From: an uncultured Candidatus Cloacimonadota bacterium | Lineage (GTDB): Bacteria; Cloacimonadota; Cloacimonadia; Cloacimonadales; JAJBBL01 | Assembly (NCBI GenBank): GCA_964464175.1 | Contig: CAYXFD010000008.1 | Coordinates: 31,982 to 95,981, forward strand | DNA length: 64,000 nucleotides | Direction: 5' to 3' | Shown here: positions 31,299 through 40,548 of the stretch, piece after piece | Layout: the number at the start of each line of letters is the position of its first letter | Position numbering within the stretch: position 1 is the first letter of the stretch | Notes under the pieces: generated by a model | What the model saw: the letters and a program-made list of their open reading frames with translations, nothing else | Databases searched by the model: none | What the model was told of the DNA's origin: nothing | Translations under genes and position numbers: made by a program

Positions 31299-32156
31299 AT
31301 GGTAACTAAGGTGCAAAAAGTCAGATTGGGTGTTTTTCTCTTCTTCGGAATAGGGTTATTGCTTGTTTTCTTGATCATAATAGCCGGTTCGAGACTTATG
31401 GAGAGGCTGGACACGTATTTTATTGCCTACGAAGATGTTTCGGTCAGCGGTTTACAGATAGGTGCTCAGGTCAAATATCACGGCATTCGGGTAGGAAGGG
31501 TCGAGACGATCCGGATAGATCCTGAAGATGTTAACCGGGTTATTGTTGAGATCAAAGTAGAGAGAGGGACACCAATCAAAGAAGATACGGAAGCGTCGCT
31601 CATTCTGGTTGGAATCACCGGGCTGAAACAGGTTGAGCTGTTTGGCGGAACGCGAGAGGCTGCTCTGTTAGAACCGGGAGAATTCATTCGTTCGGGAACC
31701 ACATTCTTTGACGATATATCGCTCAGTGTGGAAGAGATAACAACCAAACTGGACAGAGTATTGGGGAATATCGATTCGTTGACCGGTTATGATAATCAGA
31801 CCAAGTTTTCCAATATGCTGACTAATCTGGAATTGATTTCCCAAACAACTCTGCAGGCTGTTGATAAACTGGACAAAACTATTAATTCACCTGAGGTGGA
31901 GAAGATCCTGGTCAATGTAGCAAAATTTTCCGATGATCTGGCAGAGACTGACATCCCGGCAACCATGAAAGAGCTTCACGAAACGATTGCTCAGGTAAAT
32001 CAGACATTTATGCACGTTGATCTGATGGTTATCAGAAGCCGCAGAGATATTCTAAGAACCTTTGAGACGATGAAAGAGGCAGCGGACAATTTCGAGGAAT
32101 TTACCCGGCTTTTGAGTGAAGAGCCCTCACTGATGCTCCGTACGAGAAGGCAATAA
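31299..32156 (+). CDS. mlaD: MlaD/MCE-domain protein
   Basis: 285 aa. One N-terminal TM helix, an MCE domain (VSGLQIGAQVKYHGIRVGRVETIRIDPED...VEIKVERGTPI) and a helical C-terminal extension. Confidence 0.8.
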   Translation: MVTKVQKVRLGVFLFFGIGLLLVFLIIIAGSRLMERLDTYFIAYEDVSVSGLQIGAQVKYHGIRVGRVETIRIDPEDVNRVIVEIKVERGTPIKEDTEASLILVGITGLKQVELFGGTREAALLEPGEFIRSGTTFFDDISLSVEEITTKLDRVLGNIDSLTGYDNQTKFSNMLTNLELISQTTLQAVDKLDKTINSPEVEKILVNVAKFSDDLAETDIPATMKELHETIAQVNQTFMHVDLMVIRSRRDILRTFETMKEAADNFEEFTRLLSEEPSLMLRTRRQ

Positions 32157-32174
32157 AAAAGGAGAGATGGATAG

Positions 32175-32807
32175 ATGAAGTTGAAATATAGGATTTTTTA
32201 TTTCATACTGCCGGTACTATTTCTGGTAAACTGCAGTTCACGTCCGGTGGAACGGAACTATTTTGTCATTGATTATAATCCTGTTCCGACCGATCAGAGG
32301 CTGCTGCTCGATACACCTCTCCCATATAGCGTAGAGATTTCCGATACCAGAGTATCGAGGGTTTATGACCGCTCACAGATCGTATATCGTTATTCGGCTC
32401 ACAAGCTCGAGTATTCGGCTAATGACCTTTGGGCAGTCCGGCTGTCAAGTGCTATTCCTGATGTTTTAACCAAGCATTTCGCCAGATATAATACTTTCGC
32501 CCTCACCCAGCGAGATTTTTTAGTCGAACGTCCCGATTATGAGTTAGTTTCTCATGTTAACCGGATAGAATTATTGAAAAGTGAATATTACAGGGCAGTC
32601 AGTGTCAATATGGACATTTTTCTCCGCCGGGGTGATGATTTGACTTATCTTGTGCGGCATTCTTTTGACCGTGAATATGAAGTTTTTACCGATGATCTGG
32701 AGATGTTTGTCCAGAATCTGAGCCGGATAATCAAAGAAGAAGTCGATATTTTCATCGAAAAAGTACTCTATCACTTTGAAGTACTACAGGATGAAGAGGA
32801 AGAGTAG
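32175..32807 (+). CDS. ABC-transport auxiliary lipoprotein (PqiC/YmbA-like)
   Basis: 210 aa with lipobox LFLVNCSS. Its size and its position directly after the MCE gene fit the PqiC/DUF330 family. The sequence-level assignment is tentative. Confidence 0.55.
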   Translation: MKLKYRIFYFILPVLFLVNCSSRPVERNYFVIDYNPVPTDQRLLLDTPLPYSVEISDTRVSRVYDRSQIVYRYSAHKLEYSANDLWAVRLSSAIPDVLTKHFARYNTFALTQRDFLVERPDYELVSHVNRIELLKSEYYRAVSVNMDIFLRRGDDLTYLVRHSFDREYEVFTDDLEMFVQNLSRIIKEEVDIFIEKVLYHFEVLQDEEEE

Positions 32808-32862
32808 AAGTAATTAGGGCCCAAACAGGAGTTTTAACCTGCCGTAAGGCAAGGAACAACCA

Positions 32863-34515
32863 ATGAAATTATATGATTCGAGAAGAAAAAAGACTGTCAA
32901 TGAGGGTAGCGTTAAGAACTGCTATTCGAAACAACAGCGAGGGCATACAAAGAATTTCACAGTTTTAAGATCACTTTTGTTATTGACCATGCTGCTCCTG
33001 AGCCTTAATTATCTTACTGCTCTGACAGAAGAGCAGCTTAACACCTGGCTTATGCCCTCTCCCAGAGAGCAATTGGATAGAGAGGCGAAACGTGATCTGG
33101 TTGGCTTGGGGAGGATATTCCTGCCGGCGATGACTCATCCCGATTATGAACCGTTTTATGAGATAGAATGTTTAGAATGTGGTGATCCTCATTTTTCTAA
33201 AATGGGGGAGAGTACCTACCTGAGACCGGGAGAATACAGGGTCTATTACGGCTCAGGAACCGAAGGTCAGAGGATGAGTAAGGATGTCGCGGTCGTCAGA
33301 GAGCATACTCATGTTATAGATCCCGATTGGGCAGGATTGAGGGTAAGATTGATCGATGAGAGCAGAAATTCGGTTGATAACCAATACGAGCTGTTTGCCA
33401 TGATTGATGCTGAAAGTTACGGATTCGGTTTGGGTGCTCTGGAGGAGTTTGGTGAGCAGGTACAAACCTGGTTACTAAAACCGGGACGCTATAAGGTGGT
33501 TCTGAACAGCAAACCGTTCAATACATTAGATGATTTCACGACAGTAGATCTGGCTGAGGGTGAGCTGAGGGTACTTACCGTCGTGATTAATTCGGAAACT
33601 AATTCTCTGATCGGAGCAGGGGTACTGGAGCTTGCTGAGTACGGGGTGGAAAGAAAGAATTTGCGTTTTACGAGTGCAATTCATGGTAATTTTAACCTTC
33701 GGGCAGACAATACTTCCGACAGGAACAGGAATGCTCTTGATCTAATCATAACGACACAACTCGATAACCGTTTGATCTACGACCTCTTTCCCTATTTTTA
33801 CAGTATGCATAATCTGACCGATTTTGGGATCAGTAAGGACAGAGATTCTGCTCTCCGGGTTTCTTCGGACAGTTTCAAGCTGCGTAATACCTTCGTTTAT
33901 TATCTGACCCAGGTAATCGGTCTTTACGGCAGATTTGATATGGAGACCCATTTTTTCAGGGAATATGATTATTTTGATGATCCGACAAATATCAGACTTA
34001 CGGACAGCAATGACGGGTTTATTAAAGAGATAATGGAGATCGACAAGTTCAAAACTACACCTTCATTTTTCCCTCTGGTATTCAGGGAGGGTGTAGGTTT
34101 CAATCTACGACCATTGAACAAACCCAGATCTACACTCAATCTGAGATTTGGTTTTGGAATGCAGCAGGACTTGAGCAATGATGTTTACCGCTTCGTAGAA
34201 GAAGACTCAGTAGGGACAGAGTACTACAGGATCTATAGAGAAATCAAATCTACATACAAAGAGGGGATAGAAGTCTCGATCTTGGCGAATATCCATGCTC
34301 CTTATAATATCTCCTATAACACGACACTGGACGTGCTCATTCCTTTCGGGAAGGATGTTTCGGAAACCTATAAATGGGAGAACACTTTCACTATCCGCTT
34401 GATCAGGCAACTTGCCCTCGATTATAAGATCAATTTACTGTATGACAAAGACAGGAGAGATTATACAGAGATCGTGCATAATGTTTTCCTGAGACTAACC
34501 TATTTCCTTTATTGA
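32863..34515 (+). CDS. hypothetical outer-membrane protein embedded in the Mla operon
   Basis: 550 aa. Hydrophobic signal (LLLLTMLLLSLNYLTA), beta-rich aromatic-alternating C-terminal half, and a terminal ...RLTYFLY typical of OMP C-termini. Its stop lies 1 nt before the mlaE ATG. Confidence 0.45.
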   Translation: MKLYDSRRKKTVNEGSVKNCYSKQQRGHTKNFTVLRSLLLLTMLLLSLNYLTALTEEQLNTWLMPSPREQLDREAKRDLVGLGRIFLPAMTHPDYEPFYEIECLECGDPHFSKMGESTYLRPGEYRVYYGSGTEGQRMSKDVAVVREHTHVIDPDWAGLRVRLIDESRNSVDNQYELFAMIDAESYGFGLGALEEFGEQVQTWLLKPGRYKVVLNSKPFNTLDDFTTVDLAEGELRVLTVVINSETNSLIGAGVLELAEYGVERKNLRFTSAIHGNFNLRADNTSDRNRNALDLIITTQLDNRLIYDLFPYFYSMHNLTDFGISKDRDSALRVSSDSFKLRNTFVYYLTQVIGLYGRFDMETHFFREYDYFDDPTNIRLTDSNDGFIKEIMEIDKFKTTPSFFPLVFREGVGFNLRPLNKPRSTLNLRFGFGMQQDLSNDVYRFVEEDSVGTEYYRIYREIKSTYKEGIEVSILANIHAPYNISYNTTLDVLIPFGKDVSETYKWENTFTIRLIRQLALDYKINLLYDKDRRDYTEIVHNVFLRLTYFLY

Positions 34516-34516
34516 G

Positions 34517-35647
34517 ATGAAGAGAGAGAAGCCGGACAGAGCAGTTATTAAAACAGAAGGAGATATTCTGTTCATTGAGGGGATACTCTCCAAAGAGACT
34601 ATTCCCGAGATCTGGTTACAATTAAAAGCTCGGAGAGACTTTAATGATCTGCAGGGGGTAGATCTTTCCCGTTTGAATTCGATCGACAGTGCCGGAGTTA
34701 TCTTTGTTGAACAAATAGCCTCAACAATCAAGGATTCGAACAGAGCTGCCGCCGGAAAAGGAAATGAGGAGCTGATAAAGAACTATTCGGAGGAGATTGG
34801 TACTTCTCTGAAGATTTTTAGTCAAGCATCTTTAGTAGAAGCAGACCAATTAATTAAAGCCGGTTTCTTTGAGAAGATAGGAGAATCCTACTTTTTTATC
34901 AAAGACGCAATCTATGAATTTCTCATCCTCTCGGCAGATATTTTTTACTGGTCATTAGCCGGGTTATGGAAGAAAAAGGGAGCGAGAAAAGGATCCTTGA
35001 TCCAGCAAGCGGTACTGATCGGAGTCGATTCTTTACCGATAATCTTTACCCTCTCTTTTATTATCGGATTGATTATCGCCCTGCAATCCGCCGCTCAATT
35101 GCGGATGTTCGGGGCAAATATCTTTATTGCCGATCTAATATCCATCTCCATGGTGCGGGAAATGGGTCCGATGATGACGGCCATTATTATTGCCGGTCGC
35201 AGCGGTTCTTCGATAGCTTCGGAGATAGCGACCATGAAAGTTACCGAAGAGCTTGATGCCTTGAAGATGCTGGCGATCAATCCGATCAGATATGTCATTG
35301 TCCCGAAATTCTACGCGATTTCTATCTGTATGCCTCTTCTGGTGGTCATCTCCATGCTTGTCGGTATTCTGGGTGGTATCTTAGTAGCAGTGACCTATCT
35401 AAATCTGAGCGTTTCCGCTTTTTATGGACAGATGATAAATGCCTTAGCCCTTAAAGACGTGTTAGTCAGCCTGCTCAAGAGCACCTTTTTTGCCTGGGCA
35501 ATTGTGATAATCGGCAGTTTTTACGGATTACGGGTCGAAGGTGGAGCAGAAGGGGTCGGAAAAGCAACGACACTCTCGGTGGTCGCCTCAATTTTTGCTG
35601 TGATCTTTATCGATGTGATCTTCAGTCTTCTCTATCTTCCTAAATAA
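34517..35647 (+). CDS. mlaE: MlaE-type ABC permease with N-terminal STAS (MlaB-like) domain
   Basis: 376 aa. The N-terminal ~100 aa are STAS-like (ILFIEGILSKETIPEIW...VDLSRLNSIDSAGVIFVEQI). The MlaE core follows (REMGPMMTAIIIAGRSGSSIASEIATMKVTEELDAL). Confidence 0.85.
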   Translation: MKREKPDRAVIKTEGDILFIEGILSKETIPEIWLQLKARRDFNDLQGVDLSRLNSIDSAGVIFVEQIASTIKDSNRAAAGKGNEELIKNYSEEIGTSLKIFSQASLVEADQLIKAGFFEKIGESYFFIKDAIYEFLILSADIFYWSLAGLWKKKGARKGSLIQQAVLIGVDSLPIIFTLSFIIGLIIALQSAAQLRMFGANIFIADLISISMVREMGPMMTAIIIAGRSGSSIASEIATMKVTEELDALKMLAINPIRYVIVPKFYAISICMPLLVVISMLVGILGGILVAVTYLNLSVSAFYGQMINALALKDVLVSLLKSTFFAWAIVIIGSFYGLRVEGGAEGVGKATTLSVVASIFAVIFIDVIFSLLYLPK

Positions 35648-35656
35648 GAAAACGAA

Positions 35657-36397
35657 ATGAAAGAACCTATAATAAGAGTAAAGAATCTGACCGCGAAATA
35701 CGGTGAAAATACAATTCTGGAAGATATTTCGGTAGATATCTTTCCCCGGGAAGTTACCGTTATTCTGGGTGGCAGCGGCTGCGGGAAAACGACACTGTTA
35801 AAGAACATTCTCCGGTTAAAGCAGCCGGCTGAGGGTTCGGTAGAGATATTTGGGGAAAATATCACCGGGATGAATGAGGATGATTACGAAACAATCCTCA
35901 AAAGGGTCGGGGTTTTGTTCCAGACAGGGGCTTTGTTGAATTCGATCGATATCTACGAAAATATTTCCATACCATTGGAACAGCATACAAGTCTTCCTAA
36001 AGAGATTGCAGATAAGATCATCAGGGTGAAATTGGCGCTGGTTCATCTTGGTCATGCTGTTAATTTGAAGCCTTCAGAGCTTTCCGGCGGGATGAGGAAA
36101 CGGGCTGCCTTAGCCCGGGCTATTGCTCTTGATCCGGAGATACTCTTTTGTGATGAACCGTCTGCCGGGCTTGATCCTCTCACCAGTGCTTCTCTGGACG
36201 AACTGATCCTCGATCTGAAAAACCAATTGAAGATGACGGTTGTCATCGTTACCCATGAATTGGCAAGTATCCACCGGATAGCAGATAAGATAGTATTCCT
36301 TGATGATGGCAAGATGCTCTTTAACGGAACAGTAACAGAGGCGAAAAGCTCCGGGATCGAAGCGGTTACGGAGTTCTTCCGGGTTGGTACTTTCTGA
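35657..36397 (+). CDS. mlaF: MlaF-type ABC transporter ATP-binding protein
   Basis: 246 aa. Walker A GGSGCGKTT, signature LSGGMRKRAALARA and Walker B ILFCDEP. Confidence 0.9.
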   Translation: MKEPIIRVKNLTAKYGENTILEDISVDIFPREVTVILGGSGCGKTTLLKNILRLKQPAEGSVEIFGENITGMNEDDYETILKRVGVLFQTGALLNSIDIYENISIPLEQHTSLPKEIADKIIRVKLALVHLGHAVNLKPSELSGGMRKRAALARAIALDPEILFCDEPSAGLDPLTSASLDELILDLKNQLKMTVVIVTHELASIHRIADKIVFLDDGKMLFNGTVTEAKSSGIEAVTEFFRVGTF

Positions 36398-36531
36398 GCA
36401 GGAGACATTAAGCTTTTACAACCGGTAACATCAGAGGGAGTTGTTCTTTTTCTTTTTTGCTCCTGTAGGCAGTGATTACTGAAATAATTATCTATTGTTA
36501 AGCGTTGTTATCAAAAAATGAAGGAGCTGCT

Positions 36532-37212
36532 ATGTTCTTTTTCGATTCGACAATAGTACTGTTAATACCGGTAATTATTCTGGCTCTGTACGCTCAAAAT
36601 AAGGTTAAGGGTAATTACCGTAAATATAGCCAATTTCGTAACTCTGCTAACATTACCGGAGCTCAGGTTGCCCGCAGGATACTCGATAATCAGGGTTTGT
36701 CTGATGTCGAAGTAAGGGTGGTAAAAGGGGTTTTGACCGACCATTATGATCCCCGAAAGAGGATAGTTTCTTTATCAGAAGATGTCTATTCCGGAGCTTC
36801 GATCGCTGCTGCCGGTATTGCGGCTCACGAAGTGGGTCATGCTCTTCAGCATGCCCAAAAGTATCTTCCAATTACGGTTAGAGCGAGTATTCTGCCCGCT
36901 GCCCGATTAGGTACTACTGCTGCTTTTCCTCTCTTTTTCATCGGACTGATTTTCAGTATGCCCCCTCTGATGGATATTGGAATTATCTTTTTTGCCGCAG
37001 CTCTCCTGTTTCACGTTGTAACACTGCCGGTTGAGATCAATGCTTCCCAACGGGCATTGGTGGAATTGAAAAAAGGGATTATTCAGAACCAGCAGGAGAT
37101 AACTGGTGTCAATGAAGTTCTCAAAGCTGCTGCCCTGACGTATATTGCAGCTACTCTGATGGCTCTTGTTAACCTGATAAGGCTTGTTCTTCTCCGCGGC
37201 TCAAGAAGTTAG
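36532..37212 (+). CDS. membrane zinc metallopeptidase (Zn_peptidase_2 family)
   Basis: HEVGHALQH zinc motif flanked by TM segments. I prefer the ATG at 36532 (RBS GAAGGAG) over the track's TTG at 36505. Confidence 0.8.
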   Translation: MFFFDSTIVLLIPVIILALYAQNKVKGNYRKYSQFRNSANITGAQVARRILDNQGLSDVEVRVVKGVLTDHYDPRKRIVSLSEDVYSGASIAAAGIAAHEVGHALQHAQKYLPITVRASILPAARLGTTAAFPLFFIGLIFSMPPLMDIGIIFFAAALLFHVVTLPVEINASQRALVELKKGIIQNQQEITGVNEVLKAAALTYIAATLMALVNLIRLVLLRGSRS

Positions 37213-37229
37213 CATGAGTAATAATAGAC

Positions 37230-37718
37230 ATGGCAGACTCTGATATCTTTCCCAGAAACAAGTTCCTTGTTGATGATAACCTGGGAAGACTGGCAAAATG
37301 GCTGAGACTTCTCGGTTTTGATACCGGTTTTTACGCAGCGGTATCACTCCCTGTACTGAGCAGATTAGCCAATAAAGAGGGGCGGATCTTTCTAACCAGA
37401 AGCAAGAAAAATGCCGGCTTGAAGATTTTTGATAAAAGTCTTCTGATCAAATCTTCCGGAATATTTGAGCAGTTGAGAGAGCTCTCTCCGCTGCTCGTGT
37501 TTTCCCCTGAAAAGATGTTTACCCGCTGCAGCCTCTGTAATAACAAATTAGTGGATATCGAAAAAGAGAGAGTAACCGGCTTAGTTCCGGAATATGTCTA
37601 TCAAAACCAACAGCGGTTCAATATCTGCCGTAAGTGCGGCAAGATATACTGGCAGGGAACTCATAACAGGGAGATTCTGCAAATTGCGAAAGATATCTTC
37701 TCCCAGGATAAAACATAA
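37230..37718 (+). CDS. Mut7-C (DUF82) PIN-like RNase domain protein with C-terminal zinc ribbon
   Basis: 162 aa. N-terminus FLVDDNLGRLAKWLRLLGFD, and a zinc ribbon CSLCN...CRKCGKIYWQGTH, as in the Mut7-C family. Confidence 0.7.
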   Translation: MADSDIFPRNKFLVDDNLGRLAKWLRLLGFDTGFYAAVSLPVLSRLANKEGRIFLTRSKKNAGLKIFDKSLLIKSSGIFEQLRELSPLLVFSPEKMFTRCSLCNNKLVDIEKERVTGLVPEYVYQNQQRFNICRKCGKIYWQGTHNREILQIAKDIFSQDKT

Positions 37719-37747
37719 AAAAATGACCGGTACTGACTCAGCACCGG
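37717..37747 (-). terminator. rho-independent terminator downstream of the ferredoxin gene
   Basis: The minus-strand RNA reads CCGGUGCU-GAGUC-AGUACCGG (8 bp including one G.U), then UCAUUUUUUU. The same hairpin has an A x C mismatch on the plus strand, so it favours the minus-strand reading. Confidence 0.5.
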
Positions 37748-37808
37748 CCATAACATGTAGGTTAGTATAAATACCTCTTCTTGAGTAAAGTTAAAGTAAA
37801 AAGAAGTA

Positions 37809-37979
37809 TTACTCTTTGATAGCTTCTACGGGGCAAGAAGGAATACAGTTGCCACAGTCAATGCAGGTATCAGGATCAACAACAGCTTTGTCGTTTTCCA
37901 TACTCAGAGCATTTACCGGGCAAGTATCAATACAAGCACCACAACCGATACAGGTTTCTGCGTTAATAGTTACTGCCAT
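37809..37979 (-). CDS. 2x[4Fe-4S] ferredoxin
   Basis: Not in the ORF track because it is 56 aa. Hand translation gives MAVTINAETCIGCGACIDTCPVNALSMENDKAVVDPDTCIDCGNCIPSCPVEAIKE*, with two CxxCxxCxxxCP motifs. AAGGAGG lies 6 nt upstream of the ATG. The track's + ORF 37816..38004 is its antisense shadow. Confidence 0.9.
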   Translation of the reverse strand: MAVTINAETCIGCGACIDTCPVNALSMENDKAVVDPDTCIDCGNCIPSCPVEAIKE

Positions 37980-38032
37980 AACACGCCTCCTTAAGCGAAT
38001 ATAATACCATAAAACTAAAGACCTATTTTAGT

Positions 38033-38788
38033 TCAAGCTTTTTTTATGAAGAAGTCACAGGAGTTATTGAAAATTGCTTCTCCGATCTGCTTAGGTGCTT
38101 CTCTCCGTATTTCTGAAATCTTCTCCAAAACATAACGAAGCATTGCCGGGTCATTCCTCTTCCCCCGGATTGCCTGAGGCGCTAAGAAGGGAGAATCGGT
38201 TTCAATCATTATCCTGTCGGGAGGAGCTAAGCGGATGATATCAGTCATCCGGTTGTTAGGATAGGTTACCGCTCCGGTAAAAGAGGTGTTCCATCCCTTT
38301 TCCCAGATCCGTTCGGCCATACTCAAGTCACCTGAATAACAATGAAACACTACCTTCTCCGGGGAATGCTTTTCCAGGAGCTTCAGACAGTCTTCATCTG
38401 CCTCCCGGTTATGAATGATCAGAGGGAGCTGCCTCTCCATAGCGATGACTATCTGAGTTTCGAAAACCTCAAGCTGAGTGTTTTTCGGACAAAGGTTCCG
38501 GTAATAATCAAGACCTATTTCCCCTAAGGCTACAATGCGGGGATGAGTCAGAAACCGGAGCAGTTTCTGTTCGTCGAATTTAGCGGCTTCGTGGGGATGA
38601 TATCCGGCAGCAGCATAGAATTGAGGATACTTCTCAGCCAGTTCAACACTCGCAGCTGATGTCTTTTCATCGATCCCGACGTTGATAAAATGTTCCACCC
38701 CTTCTTTTAGACATCTTTTTATCACGGCATCACGGTCTTTTTTGTAATTAGCAAAATCCAGGTGACAATGTGTCTCAAAATATCTCAT
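38033..38788 (-). CDS. tatD: TatD-family metal-dependent hydrolase/DNase
   Basis: 251 aa. Motifs FETHCHLDF, GEIGLDY and ETDSPFLAP. Confidence 0.9.
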   Translation of the reverse strand: MRYFETHCHLDFANYKKDRDAVIKRCLKEGVEHFINVGIDEKTSAASVELAEKYPQFYAAAGYHPHEAAKFDEQKLLRFLTHPRIVALGEIGLDYYRNLCPKNTQLEVFETQIVIAMERQLPLIIHNREADEDCLKLLEKHSPEKVVFHCYSGDLSMAERIWEKGWNTSFTGAVTYPNNRMTDIIRLAPPDRIMIETDSPFLAPQAIRGKRNDPAMLRYVLEKISEIRREAPKQIGEAIFNNSCDFFIKKA

Positions 38789-38838
38789 TACTTTTCCTTT
38801 TGTTGATTTGGCAGTCTGCGATAATGAACCTCAACCGG

Positions 38839-39765
38839 TTAACTGAAGAGTGCTTCCACGAATTCATCACTCTCAAAATCTCTCAATTCATCTATCTTTT
38901 CACCGATACCAATGAGTTTCACGGGGATAGCAAACTGGTGTTTGATCCCAATTACGATACCCCCTTTGGCTGTGCCGTCCAATTTGGTCAGAACCAAACC
39001 GCTCAGATCGGTAACCTCGTTAAAGAGCCTGGTCTGATTAATGGCATTTTGGCCGGTCGAGGCATCAACGACCAACAGGGTTTCGTGAGGAGCTTCGGGA
39101 ATGATCTTTTTGATCGTGCGGTTTATCTTTTCTAATTCCTTCATCAGATTAACTTTGTTATGCAGACGCCCGGCAGTGTCGATCAGAACAATATCGATTC
39201 TCTTGTTCAGGGCTGAAGTCAAACCGTCGAAAATTACGGCAGAGGGGTCTGAACCGCTCTGCTGTTTTTGCAGAATAGCATCGGCTCGTTCTGCCCAGAC
39301 GGCTAACTGCTCTATGGCAGCAGCCCGGAAGGTGTCCCCGGCGATGAGCATAACGCTTTTCCCCTGATCACGGAAACGTTTGGCAAGTTTACCAATTGTT
39401 GTGGTTTTTCCTACCCCGTTGACACCGACAAAGAGCAGAACATAGGGTGGTTTATCCGGAGGCTGGAGATGAATATCTTCCTTGGAATAGTCTTTATGAA
39501 GCATCTCAATGATAATCGTTTTCAGAGAAGAGAGAACCAGCGAAGATTCCGTAATCCTCTCGATTCTGATTTTCTCCCGCAGAGCATCAATGATGTCAAT
39601 AGCAACGGGTAGTCCGATATCAGCTTGAATAAGGATCTCTTCCAGTTCCTCCATAAGCTCTTCGTCAACCTTGGTGCGGATGTTTACCGCTTCGGCAATT
39701 TTTGCGACAAAACCGTTTCTCGTTTTGGCTAATTTCAGCCGTAGTTTTTCTATAACATTCATCAT
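38839..39765 (-). CDS. ftsY: signal recognition particle receptor FtsY
   Basis: 308 aa with NG domain: GVNGVGKTTTIGKLA, DTAGRLHNK and TKLDGTAKGG. Confidence 0.95.
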   Translation of the reverse strand: MMNVIEKLRLKLAKTRNGFVAKIAEAVNIRTKVDEELMEELEEILIQADIGLPVAIDIIDALREKIRIERITESSLVLSSLKTIIIEMLHKDYSKEDIHLQPPDKPPYVLLFVGVNGVGKTTTIGKLAKRFRDQGKSVMLIAGDTFRAAAIEQLAVWAERADAILQKQQSGSDPSAVIFDGLTSALNKRIDIVLIDTAGRLHNKVNLMKELEKINRTIKKIIPEAPHETLLVVDASTGQNAINQTRLFNEVTDLSGLVLTKLDGTAKGGIVIGIKHQFAIPVKLIGIGEKIDELRDFESDEFVEALFS

Positions 39766-40033
39766 ATCTCTTTCGTTATTAAGCTTGTAGAATTAAGAGC
39801 AGAAGTGGAACGATTATCCCGCAACATTGCTTCCTTTGATGTTCTGAGTAAGCTGCGGTAAAACAAACCAGTGATTACTTAACTGAAATAGAGAAAACTC
39901 CATATCTCCAAAGCTGCCTATGATCAGAAAAAAACAACATCACAGTAATGCCGCTTCGGGATAAAAAAGGGGTCTCTTTATCTTTTTCCCCGCTATAGTT
40001 TACTGATGAACTGAAGCTATCTGGTCTCTGAAT

Positions 40034-40309
40034 TTAACTTTCTGTTGTCGCTTCTGGTTTGATCTTGTTGAGATAACTGGATATGCGGGATTTACGGCGG
40101 GAAGCGGTCCTTTTGTGAATAACCCCTTTTTTGGCAGCTTTATCGAGCTGAGAGAATATGGTATTGATCAGTTTGTCCTTTTCTTCAACCGAGATATTAC
40201 TTTTCATCTTCTTGTCTAAAGTTCTAATGGTCTTTCTGACATAATTATTTCGAGCCTGTCTCTCTTTGTCCTGACGTAATCTTTTCTCACATTGTTTGGT
40301 GTTCGGCAT
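40034..40309 (-). CDS. rpsT: 30S ribosomal protein S20
   Basis: 91 aa. MPNTKQCEKRLRQDKERQARNNYVRKTIRT... is a typical basic S20 N-terminus, with the GVIHKRTASRRKSR motif. Confidence 0.93.
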   Translation of the reverse strand: MPNTKQCEKRLRQDKERQARNNYVRKTIRTLDKKMKSNISVEEKDKLINTIFSQLDKAAKKGVIHKRTASRRKSRISSYLNKIKPEATTES

Positions 40310-40548
40310 TGTTCCTCCAAGGATATAATTTTAAGGAGACAAATTGTTTACCATGTTTTTTTGTCAATGAATTTGTTGAAACAGGAAGTGGTAAGAGATA
40401 AACCGGGAAGAAATCAAACATTATTTCATCAATTTTGAGGTAGAAATTGGGTAAGAAATAATCTGCTGTAGCTTCAGAGAAGGCTAAGATAAAAATGAGT
40501 TGACGGTTTTCAACTCATTGAGATCGTAACAAACAATATCAGATACAG

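Noticed and set aside
39940-40033. Terminator for rpsT (GGGG...CCCC followed by TTTTTT on the minus strand, about 39965-39995)
   Set aside because: The stem is only 4 bp with a 15-nt loop, which is too weak to call. The T-run alone is not evidence.
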